From an uncultured Candidatus Rokubacteria bacterium (lineage in GTDB: Bacteria; Methylomirabilota; Methylomirabilia; Rokubacteriales; DASRDR01): 64,000 bases of DNA. The first letter of the stretch is position 1, and every line of letters begins with the position of its first letter. The notes under the pieces are model-generated. The model ran no database searches and was not told the DNA's origin. It worked only from the letters and a program-made list of their open reading frames with translations. The stretch covers positions 1,984,001 to 2,048,000 of the forward strand of contig CAWGVS010000005.1 in assembly GCA_963826115.1 (NCBI GenBank). Reading direction: 5' to 3'. Below, piece after piece: positions 49,436-58,894 of the stretch. A program made the position numbers and the translations under genes.

Positions 49436-50089
49436 TCAAGCCGGCCGTGCGGGTCGCGGCGCGAGCGCGGCCTCGGGAGCGGCCCGCCGGGCGCGGGCCC
49501 GGGCGCGGCGCACCGCGTCGACGATCCGGACGGCGAAGAGGAGCGCCAGCCACGCCGCGTAGTAGTACGGCCCGCGCACGCCGACCTTCGCGAGCCAGAA
49601 GTAGTGGAGCACGCCCAGAATCCCGATCAGGTAGACGAGGCGGTGGAGGCGCCGCCACGCGACCCCGCCGAGCCGCCGGATCATGCCCGCGGTCGAGGTC
49701 GCCGCCAGCGGGAGGAGCAGAACGAGTGCCGTGAAGCCAACCGTGACGTACGGGCGCTTCACGATATCGGCCGCCATCTCCGGCCAGTCGAAGAAGTGGT
49801 CGACGACGAGCCACACGCTGAAATGCAGGAGCGCGTAGAGAAAGGCGAAGAGTCCGAGCAGGCGCCGCAACGTCACGGGCCACGACAGACCGAACAGGAT
49901 GCGGAGGGGCGTCATGGTGAGGGAGAGCAGCAGGATCCTCAGGGTCCAGTCGCCCAGCGTGTCCGTCGCCACGTCGATCGGATTCGTGACGAGCGGATCG
50001 GTGAAGAGCCGCCAGAGAAGGCTCGCCAGCGGGGTGAGGCACCCCGCCCACACGACGGACTTCAACCCGATCCGTTGCGGGCGGGTCAC
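49436..50089 (-). CDS. msrQ: Heme-binding membrane subunit MsrQ
   Basis: TPLR, RRLLGL..YALLH, LAATS and WRRLHRLVY..HYFW. Confidence 0.93.
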   Translation of the reverse strand: MTRPQRIGLKSVVWAGCLTPLASLLWRLFTDPLVTNPIDVATDTLGDWTLRILLLSLTMTPLRILFGLSWPVTLRRLLGLFAFLYALLHFSVWLVVDHFFDWPEMAADIVKRPYVTVGFTALVLLLPLAATSTAGMIRRLGGVAWRRLHRLVYLIGILGVLHYFWLAKVGVRGPYYYAAWLALLFAVRIVDAVRRARARARRAAPEAALAPRPARPA

Positions 50090-50111
50090 GTTTGCGGGGG
50101 CTCCGACGCGG

Positions 50112-50702
50112 CTACGCCCGCCCCTGGTCGGGGCAGTCGCGGCGGTCCGGGTCCGGTCGCGAGTGCCGCCAGAGACCCTGCGACGGCACCCGAAGCGCCC
50201 GGTTGAACTTGCTGGACGCGTTCTCCCACGCGATCACCGCCGTCAGCTCCACGAGGGCGTCGTCGTCGTAGAAGCGGCGAAGCCGGTCGAAGAGCTCGTC
50301 GCCGACCTCGCGATCGCTGAACGTCATCGCGTCGGCGTACTCGAGCGCCGCGCGCTCCGCGCCGTCGTAGAATAGGCTCGTCGCGTAGCCCGGCAGCGCC
50401 AGGATCTTCTCCTCCGGCACCCCGAGCGCGCTGCCCACGGCAGCATTGATGTCCTGTCAGAACCCGCAGCCGTTCAGAAACGCCACGCGCCGGTTGGCGA
50501 GGGCCTTGAGCCTCTCGTCGATCAACCCGGAGGCGCCGATGCCCGCCCACATCCCGCGTGCGCCCCGAAAGATCGAGGGCCGGCGCGCGTACACGAGGTG
50601 ATTCAGGAGAGGAGCGCCCCAGTGCTTTGCCTGCGCGGCCAGCACCTTCTCGGCGTAGTCGTCTCCCGCCTCGCCTGGCCGGACACCCTCGACGCGGGCC
50701 AC
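50112..50702 (-). CDS. AhpD/carboxymuconolactone decarboxylase family protein, probable selenoprotein (UGA at 50457-50459)
   Basis: ORFs 50457..51377 and 50112..50438 are in the same frame and join as RLKALANRRVAFLNGCGF-U-QDINAAVG..ERAALEYADAMT..LVELT..WEN..FNRAL. A SECIS-like stem-loop follows the UGA. Confidence 0.85.
50430..50444 (-). promoter_or_regulatory. Bacterial SECIS-like hairpin
   Basis: GCTGCC-GTG-GGCAGC; the apical loop begins with G, 18 nt after the UGA. Confidence 0.65.
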
Positions 50703-50722
50703 CGCCTCTGCCCTCCCCGCGC

Positions 50723-51697
50723 CTAGTACTGCTTCTTCAGATCCATCCCGGCGTAGAGGGACGCGACCTGGTCGTAGCCGTTGAACATGAGGGTCTTCCG
50801 GCGGCGGAACTCGCCGATCCGCCGCTCGGTCGCCTGGCTCCAGCGGGGGTGGTCCACGTTCGGATTCACGTTCGAGTAGAAGCCGTACTCGGCCGCCGCC
50901 GCCTTGTTCCAGCTGGTCTTCGGCTCGTCGGCGACGAGCCGGATTCGGACGAGGGACTTGGCGCTCTTGAACCCGTACTTCCAGGGCACCACCACGCGGA
51001 CGGGGGCGCCGTTCTGGTTGGGAAGCACGTGTCCGTACATCCCCACCGTGAGGAGCGCCAGGGGGTGGTTCGCCTCGTCGAGGCGGAGCCCCTCCACATA
51101 CGGCCAGTCGAGCGACGAGCCGAAGAAGCTCGGCTTCGTGCCCGGCATCTGCTCGGGGTCGACCAGGGTCTGGAACTCCACGTACTTGGCGGCGCCGGTC
51201 GGCTCGACCCGCTTGAGAAGGGCCGAGAGAGGGTAGCCGATCCACGGGATGACCATCGACCAGCCCTCGACGCAGCGGAGCGCGTAGACGCGCTCCTCGA
51301 GCGGCGCCAGCTTCAGGATCTCGTCGATGTCGAAGGTCTTGGGCTTCTGACAGAGGCCTCCGACGTCCACCGTCCACGGCCGGGGGCGGAGCGTGTGGGC
51401 GTTCAGCGCCGGGTCGGACTTGTCGGTCCCGAACTCGTAGAAGTTGTTGTACGTCGTGACGCTGTCCCAGGGCGTGGGCGGGTCGGTCACGCTCACCGCC
51501 TGGTTTCGGGTCGCGGCCAGAGGCTGGCCCTTCACCGCCGGCTTGAGCGCGGCTTCCGCCGGAGCGTTCGAGCCTCCGACCGTGGCCGCGGCGGCCGCGG
51601 CCACGCCGGCCATGAAGGCCCGGCGGTTCAGGTACACCCCTCGCGGCGTGATCTCCGACGGGCGCGGATCGTGTGGTCCTGGAACGCGGATCAGCAT
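50723..51697 (-). CDS. msrP: Periplasmic Mo-dependent methionine sulfoxide reductase MsrP
   Basis: Tat signal NRRAF; [29 protein letters not shown] and [12 protein letters not shown]. Confidence 0.96.
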   Translation of the reverse strand: MLIRVPGPHDPRPSEITPRGVYLNRRAFMAGVAAAAAATVGGSNAPAEAALKPAVKGQPLAATRNQAVSVTDPPTPWDSVTTYNNFYEFGTDKSDPALNAHTLRPRPWTVDVGGLCQKPKTFDIDEILKLAPLEERVYALRCVEGWSMVIPWIGYPLSALLKRVEPTGAAKYVEFQTLVDPEQMPGTKPSFFGSSLDWPYVEGLRLDEANHPLALLTVGMYGHVLPNQNGAPVRVVVPWKYGFKSAKSLVRIRLVADEPKTSWNKAAAAEYGFYSNVNPNVDHPRWSQATERRIGEFRRRKTLMFNGYDQVASLYAGMDLKKQY

Positions 51698-51710
51698 GGC
51701 TCCTCCTAGA

Positions 51711-52898
51711 CTAGACTACGCCGCCCGCCCGCAGGCGGTCGTACTCGGCCCGCTCGAGCCCGAGTCGGCCGAGATAGATCTCTTCGTTGTCCGCTCCGAT
51801 CTCGCGCACGCCGGCGTGCCGGATCGCGCCCGGCGTGCCCGTGAGGCGCGGCACGACCCCGGACATGTGAACCGTCCCCAACCCCGGATCCGGCACCGCC
51901 ACGATGTTCTCGCGGGCCTTCAGTTGCACGTCCTCGAAGAGGTCGCGCACCGAGTTCACGAGCGCGCACGGCACCTCGGCGGCGTCGAGGGTCGACAGCG
52001 CATCCGCGGCATCCCGAGCACCGACCCACGCCTGGACGAGCCCGTCCAGCTCGGCGCGCGCCGCGAGCCGGTCCCGCACCCCTGGAAACCGCGCGACCAG
52101 GTCCGGCGTTCCCATGGCCCGGGCCAGACGGGCGAACATGCGGTCGTTCGTGCAGGCAACCGCCAGCCAGCGGCCATCCCGGCTCTCGTAGTGGTTGTGG
52201 GGCGCGGCGCTCTCGGCAGCCGAGCCGATGCGCTCCCGGACGTACCCCAGCGCCCCGAACACGGGGATCGCGTCGTCCAGAATCCGCACGATGGGCTCGT
52301 AGAGTCCCAGGTCCACCACCTGCCCCTCGCCCGTCCGCTCCCGCGCTCTCAGCGCGATCAGGGCGCCGAGCGCTCCCATGATCCCCGCCAGGTAGTCCGG
52401 CACCGTCGGCGTCCCGGGGGTCACCGGGGGCCGGTCGGGGTATCCCGACAGATATGAGATGCCTCCAACCGCCGCCGCGATGCGCCCGAAGCCGGGGCGC
52501 TCCCGGTAGGGCCCGGTCTGGCCGAACGCCGAGATCCGGACCATCACGAGCCCGGGGTTCTCGGCGCGCAGGGTCTCGTATCCGAGCCCCCAGCGCTCGA
52601 GGGTCCCCGGCCGGAAGTTCTCCGCCACCACGTCGACCCCCCGGCACAGCCGGCGGATCAACGCCTGCCCGCCAGGATCCCGAAGGTTGCACGTGATCGA
52701 CTTCTTGTTGCGGGCGTCGGAGAGCCACCAGAGGGACACGCCGTCGGCCTGGCGCCCGAGCCGCCGGAGGTCGTCCCCCACACCCGGCTGCTCGACCTTG
52801 ATGACCTCCGCGCCGAACTCGCCGAGGAGCGTGGCGCACATGGGCGCCGCGATGAACGTGGCGACGTCCAGCACGACGAGGCCGTCGAGCGCGCCCAC
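51711..52898 (-). CDS. CaiB/BaiF family III CoA-transferase
   Basis: [19 protein letters not shown] and SAFGQTGP. Confidence 0.93.
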   Translation of the reverse strand: MGALDGLVVLDVATFIAAPMCATLLGEFGAEVIKVEQPGVGDDLRRLGRQADGVSLWWLSDARNKKSITCNLRDPGGQALIRRLCRGVDVVAENFRPGTLERWGLGYETLRAENPGLVMVRISAFGQTGPYRERPGFGRIAAAVGGISYLSGYPDRPPVTPGTPTVPDYLAGIMGALGALIALRARERTGEGQVVDLGLYEPIVRILDDAIPVFGALGYVRERIGSAAESAAPHNHYESRDGRWLAVACTNDRMFARLARAMGTPDLVARFPGVRDRLAARAELDGLVQAWVGARDAADALSTLDAAEVPCALVNSVRDLFEDVQLKARENIVAVPDPGLGTVHMSGVVPRLTGTPGAIRHAGVREIGADNEEIYLGRLGLERAEYDRLRAGGVV

Positions 52899-52926
52899 GT
52901 GGTCAGGCCTCGCCTTCCGTCACGAG

Positions 52927-53026
52927 GAAATCAAAGTCAAGGGTCAGACCCTGACTTTGACTTCGGGCGAGGTGGCGGCGGCTGAGGGCGGGGGAATCAA
53001 AGTCAGGGTCTGACCCCACTTTGATT
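52927..53026. repeat. Inverted pair of REP-like palindromes (BIME/REPIN-like)
   Basis: GAAATCAAAGTCAAGGGTCAGACCCTGACTTTGACTTC (52927-52964) and its near reverse complement AATCAAAGTCAGGGTCTGACCCCACTTTGATT (52995-53026). Confidence 0.8.
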
Positions 53027-54901
53027 TCAACGGAGGGCCTCGAGAACCTCGGCGACGACCTCGAAGCGGCCGAAGGACGGCATGAGATAGGCGCCGGCGT
53101 GCCGACGCCGCACCTCCGCGAGGGTCGCCTGGGCTGTCTCGATCCCGATCCGGAGGGCGTGGTCTCCCGCGTCGCGAAGCCGCGCCCGGACCGTGTCGGG
53201 GACCGTGATGCCCGGCACCTCGTTGTGCAGGAACTCGGCGTGGCGGAACGAATGGAGCGGCAGGATGCCGATCACCAGGGGCACCTGGACACGCCCCAGC
53301 TGCGCCAGGAATCCGTCGAGCTGCTCGAGATCGTAGACCGGCTGTGTCTGCGCCCACATGGCGCCGGCCGCCACCTTGGCGTGGAGCCGGTCGATCTCCC
53401 GGGCCGCGTCCGCCGCGCCGGGATCCACCGCGACCCCGATCCCGAAGGCGGTGGGCTCGCCGATCGAGTTGCCCGACGCGTCCACGCCCCGGTTCATGCC
53501 CGCGACGATCCGGACGAGGCCGATGGCGTCGACGTCGAAGACGGCGGTGGCGTTGACGTAGTCGCCCGCCCGCGGCGGGTCGCCGGTCATCGCGAGGATG
53601 TTCCGGACCCCGAGCGCGTGGGCGCCGAGGAGGTCCCCCTGGATGCCCATGAGGTTCCGGTCGCGGCAGGTGAAGTGCATGCTGATGTCGAGGCCTGTCG
53701 CCTCGCGGACGAGGAGCGCGGTGGGCAAGACCGCCATCCGGACGCGCCCGAGCGAGCCGTCGTTGATGTCGACCACGTCGACGCCCCGCTCCGCGAGAAG
53801 CTTCGCTCCCTGGACGAGCTTCTCGATGTTGTGGCCCCGCGGCGGGTCGAGCTCCACCGTCACCAGGAACTCGCCGGCGTGGAGCCGCGAGAGGAGCCGC
53901 GACGGTTCCGCAGCCACCCCGAGGGCCAGGGCCTCCTCCCGCTCCAGCGCGACCGGCGTGGCGACCGACACGGTGCGCCGCGGCTCTCCCGCGCCACGGG
54001 CGTGGCGGTCCACCACGTCGCGCATCGCGCGGATGTGGGCGGGCGTGGTCCCGCAGCAGCCGCCGACGATCCGCGTCCCGGCGTCCAGCATGCGGGAGGC
54101 GTAGTCGGCCATGTAAGCCGGCGACGAGAGGTAGATGAGCCGCTCGCCGTGCCGGCTCGGGAGCCCGGCGTTCGGCCTGATCGACACCCAGACCTCGGGC
54201 GCCGCCTCGTGAAGGAGGAGCCCCACGTCGAAGAGAACGCTCGAGCCCACGCCGCAGTTGGCTCCGATGACCTGGACCGGCAGCGAGGCCAGCTCGCGCG
54301 CCACCTCACCCGGGTCCTGGCCGCGGAAGGTGACCCGCTCGTCGTTGAACGCCATCTGGGCCACGAGGGGAAGATCGGCCGAGACGGCGCGGATGGCCGC
54401 CACGGCAAGCCGGAGCTCGCGAACGTCCGAGAAGGTCTCGGCGACGAATCCGTCCACCCCTCCCTCGAGCAGCGCCTCCGCCTGCTCGCGGAAGGCGGCG
54501 ACCGCCTCCGCCTCACCGAGGGTTCCCAGCGGCAGGAGGTACTTGCCGAGCGGGCCGATGGAGCCGAGAACGAACACATCGCGGCCCATCGTCTCGCGGA
54601 CGTCGCGCGCGAGCCGCGCGCCCGCCCGGTTGATGTCGCGAACCCGGCCCTCGAGCCCGTGCACGGCGAGCTTGAAGCGGTTGGCGCCGAACGTGTTGGT
54701 CTCGAGCAGGTCTGCGCCGGCGGCGACGTACTCCCGGTGGATTACCTGGACGGTCTTCGGATCGTGGATGTTCAGGACGTCGAAGCACGCATCGAGCGAG
54801 ACGCCGCGGGCGTACAGCATGGTGCCCATGGCGCCGTCGGCGAGGAGCGGCCCTTCCTGGAGTCGCCGGCCGAGCGCCCCGGAGCCCGTCGCGCTAGACA
54901 T
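53027..54901 (-). CDS. yitJ: Bifunctional homocysteine S-methyltransferase/methylenetetrahydrofolate reductase
   Basis: DGAMGT, TNTFGAN, GANC, PNAG, GGCCGTTP, VELDPP, CRDRN and TGDPP. Confidence 0.92.
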   Translation of the reverse strand: MSSATGSGALGRRLQEGPLLADGAMGTMLYARGVSLDACFDVLNIHDPKTVQVIHREYVAAGADLLETNTFGANRFKLAVHGLEGRVRDINRAGARLARDVRETMGRDVFVLGSIGPLGKYLLPLGTLGEAEAVAAFREQAEALLEGGVDGFVAETFSDVRELRLAVAAIRAVSADLPLVAQMAFNDERVTFRGQDPGEVARELASLPVQVIGANCGVGSSVLFDVGLLLHEAAPEVWVSIRPNAGLPSRHGERLIYLSSPAYMADYASRMLDAGTRIVGGCCGTTPAHIRAMRDVVDRHARGAGEPRRTVSVATPVALEREEALALGVAAEPSRLLSRLHAGEFLVTVELDPPRGHNIEKLVQGAKLLAERGVDVVDINDGSLGRVRMAVLPTALLVREATGLDISMHFTCRDRNLMGIQGDLLGAHALGVRNILAMTGDPPRAGDYVNATAVFDVDAIGLVRIVAGMNRGVDASGNSIGEPTAFGIGVAVDPGAADAAREIDRLHAKVAAGAMWAQTQPVYDLEQLDGFLAQLGRVQVPLVIGILPLHSFRHAEFLHNEVPGITVPDTVRARLRDAGDHALRIGIETAQATLAEVRRRHAGAYLMPSFGRFEVVAEVLEALR

Positions 54902-54927
54902 GGCTCCTCGGCTCCGGAACTCGCGAG

Positions 54928-55554
54928 CTAGACATCCCCCTCCCGGCGCTCGCCGACGCCGGCGGGCAAGCCCCGGGACGAGCCACCCCCCGCCGGAGCT
55001 TCCACGGGGCGGGCGGTTCGCTCCCGCTCCCGGAGATGGCGCACGATCCGGCCAACCACCGCGTCGACGGTCATGCGGGTCGTGTCGAGCGCCAGGTGAG
55101 CGCGACGATAGAAGTCCTGACGGGCCCGATAGAGCGCTGCCGCGTCTTCGGCCGAGCGGCCCGCGAGCATCGGTCGCCCGCCGATCCGGTTGGCTCGGGC
55201 GTACGCCGCATCGAAGTCGGCGGCGAGCCAGACGACCGTTCCCAGCTGCAGCAACCGGTCCATCACCCCCGGCTCGCAGGGAAACCCGCCTCCCGTCGCG
55301 ACCACGTGGGCGCGCTTGTCGGTCAGCGCTTCCAGGACCTCCGCCTCGAGCTGGCGGAAGTAGGGCTCGCCGCGGTCCGCGAAGATCTCGGAGATGGAGC
55401 GGCCCTCGCGGGCGGTGATCATCGCGTCGGTCTCGACGAAGCAACGGCCAAGGCGCCGCGCGAGCAGGCGCCCTACCGTGGACTTCCCGGCTCCCATGAA
55501 GCCCACGAGGATGACGTTTCGCGGCACCGCCGGCGTGACCGGGAGAGGGGCCAT
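54928..55554 (-). CDS. aroK: Shikimate kinase
   Basis: GFMGAGKSTVG, GEPYFRQLE, ATGGG and RPML. Confidence 0.92.
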   Translation of the reverse strand: MAPLPVTPAVPRNVILVGFMGAGKSTVGRLLARRLGRCFVETDAMITAREGRSISEIFADRGEPYFRQLEAEVLEALTDKRAHVVATGGGFPCEPGVMDRLLQLGTVVWLAADFDAAYARANRIGGRPMLAGRSAEDAAALYRARQDFYRRAHLALDTTRMTVDAVVGRIVRHLRERERTARPVEAPAGGGSSRGLPAGVGERREGDV

Positions 55555-55587
55555 GGCTGCCATGGCTGGATGATAGCACCGGGATAT

Positions 55588-55666
55588 GGGGCCCGGTTTT
55601 GACTTCCCGACATTCGCGCGCCGAATGAGGACCCGCGGAAACGCTGGGAAATCAGACTCTGACCCC
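55588..55666. repeat. 79-bp element with imperfect inverted ends (MITE/REPIN-like)
   Basis: GGGGCCCGGTTTTGACTTCCC ... GGGAAATCAGACTCTGACCCC. Confidence 0.65.
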
Positions 55667-55679
55667 GACGCATGCTAAG

Positions 55680-56084
55680 ATCGAAGGAGGCCATGTAGTG
55701 CTGGTTCAGGCGGAGCCGGTAGTCCTGGACGACGACGAGGACCTTCACGAGCTCGAGGGCCAACAGGGTGAGATAGCCGGCCCGACACGTCCAGCGACGC
55801 GTGAACAGGAGCAGCGCGGCCACCGCCAGGGTGACGTACCCCCAGAGGAGCGCGTCGACTCCCGCCGGCCCGAGAACCCGGAATCGGTGACACTCCTCGA
55901 AGAACGGCCAGCAGATGGGCACGCCGTCCCTCGACAGGACGCGCCGGAGCGAGGACGTCCGGTGCCAGTTTGCGAAGGTCAGGACGTGGACGACGGCCAG
56001 GACCGACCCGTAGACCCGCAGGATCGGGTCCGCGGCGATCTCTTCGATGCTCCGGCGGAAGAAACCACGAAGGTGAGAGATCAC
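55680..56084 (-). pseudogene. Truncated membrane protein (HTTM-like N-terminus)
   Basis: LRVYG, PICWPFFEEC and DYRLRLNQHYM, then protein-like sequence is lost at the repeat element. Confidence 0.55.
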
Positions 56085-56124
56085 CCGCGGTCACCGTTGG
56101 CCGGAGAGCTCCTCCGGCGAAGGC

Positions 56125-57015
56125 TCACGCCCCGCGGAGGCGGGGGTCGAGGGCGTCGCGGAGACCGTCCCCCAGGAGGTTGAATCCGAGGACGGCCAGC
56201 ATGATGGCGAGGCCCGGGATCGTCGTGATGTGAGGCGTGATGAGCAGGAAGTCGCGTCCCGTCGCCACCATGAGCCCCCAGGACGGCGTGGGGGGCTGGA
56301 CGCCCAGGCCCAGGAACGACAGCGCCGCCTCGACCAGGATCGCGTTCGCCATGAAGAGGGTCGCGTACACGATCACGGTCGGCAGGATGTTCGGCAGGAT
56401 GTGGCGCGTGACGAGCGCCGGCCCCGCCGCGCCGAGCGCGCGGGCGGCCCGCACGAACTCCGTTTCGGTGAGGGCCAGAACGGCGCCGCGGACGATCCGG
56501 GTGACGGGGGGCGTTCCCCAGATGCCCACCGCGATCGTCGTGTTGAGCGCCCCGGGGCCGAGGGCCGACACGACGGCGATCGCCAGCAGAAGGTAGGGAA
56601 ACGCCAGCAGCACCTCGACCCCCCGCATGATGCCGCCGTCCACCCAGCCCCCGAGGAAGCCCGCCAGGCTGCCGAGGACGAGCCCGAGGCCGAGCGCGAT
56701 CCCCACGGACACCAGACCCACCACGAGAGCGACCCGGGCTCCGTAGATGACGCGGGAGAGGATGTCTCGCCCGAACTCGTCCGCCCCGAGGATGTACTTC
56801 CCCCCCGGTCGGGCACGCTTCTCGACGAGGCTCTGCTTCGCGGGGTCCTGAGGGGCGAGCCATGGCGCGAGCCCCGCCGCCGTCACGATCACGGCGACGA
56901 TGAGCAGGCCGACCACGGCCAGGCGGTTCCGCCGGAACCGGCGCCAGGTGTCGCCGGCGAGCGTGTCGGCCCGCCCGGCGGTCGGCGCGAGCGCCTCGAC
57001 CGCCGCACTGCTCAT
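56125..57015 (-). CDS. ABC permease, DppC/OppC family
   Basis: WRRFRRN, LGADEFGRD, EAALSFLGLG and GDGLRDALDP. Confidence 0.93.
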   Translation of the reverse strand: MSSAAVEALAPTAGRADTLAGDTWRRFRRNRLAVVGLLIVAVIVTAAGLAPWLAPQDPAKQSLVEKRARPGGKYILGADEFGRDILSRVIYGARVALVVGLVSVGIALGLGLVLGSLAGFLGGWVDGGIMRGVEVLLAFPYLLLAIAVVSALGPGALNTTIAVGIWGTPPVTRIVRGAVLALTETEFVRAARALGAAGPALVTRHILPNILPTVIVYATLFMANAILVEAALSFLGLGVQPPTPSWGLMVATGRDFLLITPHITTIPGLAIMLAVLGFNLLGDGLRDALDPRLRGA

Positions 57016-57106
57016 CGCGTCCGGCTCGCGGCGTGCGCGCGGTGCGTACCGCCGCCGGTCGCGTGTGGCGCCGGCCAGGGCCAGAGCGCCGGGGCCCGGA
57101 CTCCTG

Positions 57107-57892
57107 TCACCCGAGCATCCAGTGGCCACCGTCGACGCTGATCGTCTGGCCGGTGACATATCGGGCGTCGTCGGAAGCGAAAAAGAGCACGGCGCGGGCA
57201 ATGTCCTCCGGCTCGCCCAGCCGCCGGAGCGCGATCGAATCGAGAAGGCGGCGCTGACCGTCCTCGCCCATGGCCTGCCACTGGCGCTCCGACGCCGGGT
57301 TCGAGCGGACGAATCCCGGCGCCACGCAGTTGACGCGGATCCCGAACGCGCCGAGCTCGCGCGCCGTCTGGCGGGTGAATCCGATCAGCCCCGCCTTGGC
57401 GCTCGCGTAAGCCTGGATCCCCGTGAGGCTGTAGGAGCGGCCCGCACCCGATGAGATGTTCACGATGCTGCCGCGCCGGCGCGCCTTCATCGCAGGGACG
57501 GCGGCCCGCGTGAAGTGAAACGCGCCGTCCAGGTTCACCGAGAAGATCGCGCGCCAGGCCTCCTCGGACACCTCCTCCACCGGCTTCATGGTCTGGCCGA
57601 CGACCCCGCCTGCGCAGTTCACCAGGACGTCCACCCGCCCCTCCGCCGCGACGAGCTCGTCGACGAACGCGGAGACCCGCCGCGCCTCCGTCACGTCCAC
57701 GACGGCCACGCGGCACGGCCCCTCGGCGCGCTCCCCCACCGCCCGGCGGGTCTCGCCCAGCTCGCGCTCGAGCACATCGCACGCCCAGACCGACGCGCCC
57801 TCGCGCGCCAGTTCCACGGCGATGGCGCGGCCGATTCCGTGGGCCGCCCCGGTCACGATCGCCACCTCGCCGAGCAGCCGCCGCTCTCCCAT
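57107..57892 (-). CDS. Short-chain dehydrogenase/reductase
   Basis: TGAAHGIG, NISS, YASAK and VTGQTISVDGG. Confidence 0.93.
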   Translation of the reverse strand: MGERRLLGEVAIVTGAAHGIGRAIAVELAREGASVWACDVLERELGETRRAVGERAEGPCRVAVVDVTEARRVSAFVDELVAAEGRVDVLVNCAGGVVGQTMKPVEEVSEEAWRAIFSVNLDGAFHFTRAAVPAMKARRRGSIVNISSGAGRSYSLTGIQAYASAKAGLIGFTRQTARELGAFGIRVNCVAPGFVRSNPASERQWQAMGEDGQRRLLDSIALRRLGEPEDIARAVLFFASDDARYVTGQTISVDGGHWMLG

Positions 57893-57896
57893 GTCC

Positions 57897-58820
57897 CTAC
57901 CCCTGCCGCGATACGCGCGGATCGAGCACGCCGTACGAGAGGTCCACGACCAGGTTGATCACCACGAACGCCACCGCGAAGATCAGGACCGCGCCCTGGA
58001 GCAGGACGTAGTCGCGGGCGAAGATGGCCTTCACCATGAGCCGGCCGAGCCCGGGCCAGGCGAAGACCGTCTCCGTCAGGACGGCGCCGCCCATCAGCTG
58101 GCCCGCCTGGAGGCCGACGAGCGTCAGGATCGGGATCGCGGCGTTCCGGAGCGCGTGCTTGGCCACCACGAGCCGCTCGCGCACGCCTTTCGCCCGGGCC
58201 GTCCGGACGTAGTCCTCGCGCAGGACTTCGAGCACGCTCGACCGCGTCATGCGGGCGATCATCGCGATGGAAGGAAGCGCGAGGGTCACGGCCGGCAGGA
58301 CGAGATGGGCCGGCGAGCCGACGCCGCCCACCGGCAGCAAGGGCAGCCAGAATGCGAAGACGACGATCATGACCAGGCCCGTCCAGAAGACCGGCATCGA
58401 CAGCCCGAACAGCGAGGACAGCCGAGACAGGGCGTCGAACAGGGAGTTGGGCCAGACGGCGGACACGATTCCGGTCGCGATGCCGACCAGAGCCGCCAGC
58501 ACGAGCGCCGCGGCCGTCAGCTGGACGGTCGCCGGCCACGCGTCCGCGAGCTCGTCCACGACCGGCCGGTTCTGCTGGATGGACCGGCCCAGATCCCCGG
58601 TGGCGATCTGGCCGAGATACCGCGCATAGCGGACCACCAGCGGCCGGTCGAGGCCCAGGTGCTCCCGGAACCTGGCGACGTTTTCCTTGGTGGCCGCGTC
58701 GCCCAGCATGAGCGCAACGGGATCGCCGGGAATGAGATCCATCGTCAGCATGACGACGAACAGCACTCCCAGCAGAACCGGGACGGTCAGCAGGAGGCGC
58801 CGGGCGATGAAGATCAGCAT
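57897..58820 (-). CDS. ABC permease, DppB/OppB family
   Basis: PGDP, GDLGRS, DYVRTARAKG and ETVFAWPGLG. Confidence 0.93.
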   Translation of the reverse strand: MLIFIARRLLLTVPVLLGVLFVVMLTMDLIPGDPVALMLGDAATKENVARFREHLGLDRPLVVRYARYLGQIATGDLGRSIQQNRPVVDELADAWPATVQLTAAALVLAALVGIATGIVSAVWPNSLFDALSRLSSLFGLSMPVFWTGLVMIVVFAFWLPLLPVGGVGSPAHLVLPAVTLALPSIAMIARMTRSSVLEVLREDYVRTARAKGVRERLVVAKHALRNAAIPILTLVGLQAGQLMGGAVLTETVFAWPGLGRLMVKAIFARDYVLLQGAVLIFAVAFVVINLVVDLSYGVLDPRVSRQG

Positions 58821-58894
58821 GAGTCAGGCCGGGATGGGCGCGGCCGCGGGTCCTCGGGCCACCCGCGGCCGTGCCCGTCGCGCCTCGGACGCGA

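Noticed and set aside
52927-53026. CRISPR-like repeat-spacer-repeat
   Set aside because: Only two units, in inverted orientation, and no cas genes. Fits a REP doublet better.
54902-54927. SAM riboswitch upstream of yitJ
   Set aside because: The aroK-yitJ gap is only 26 nt and no S-box motif is visible.
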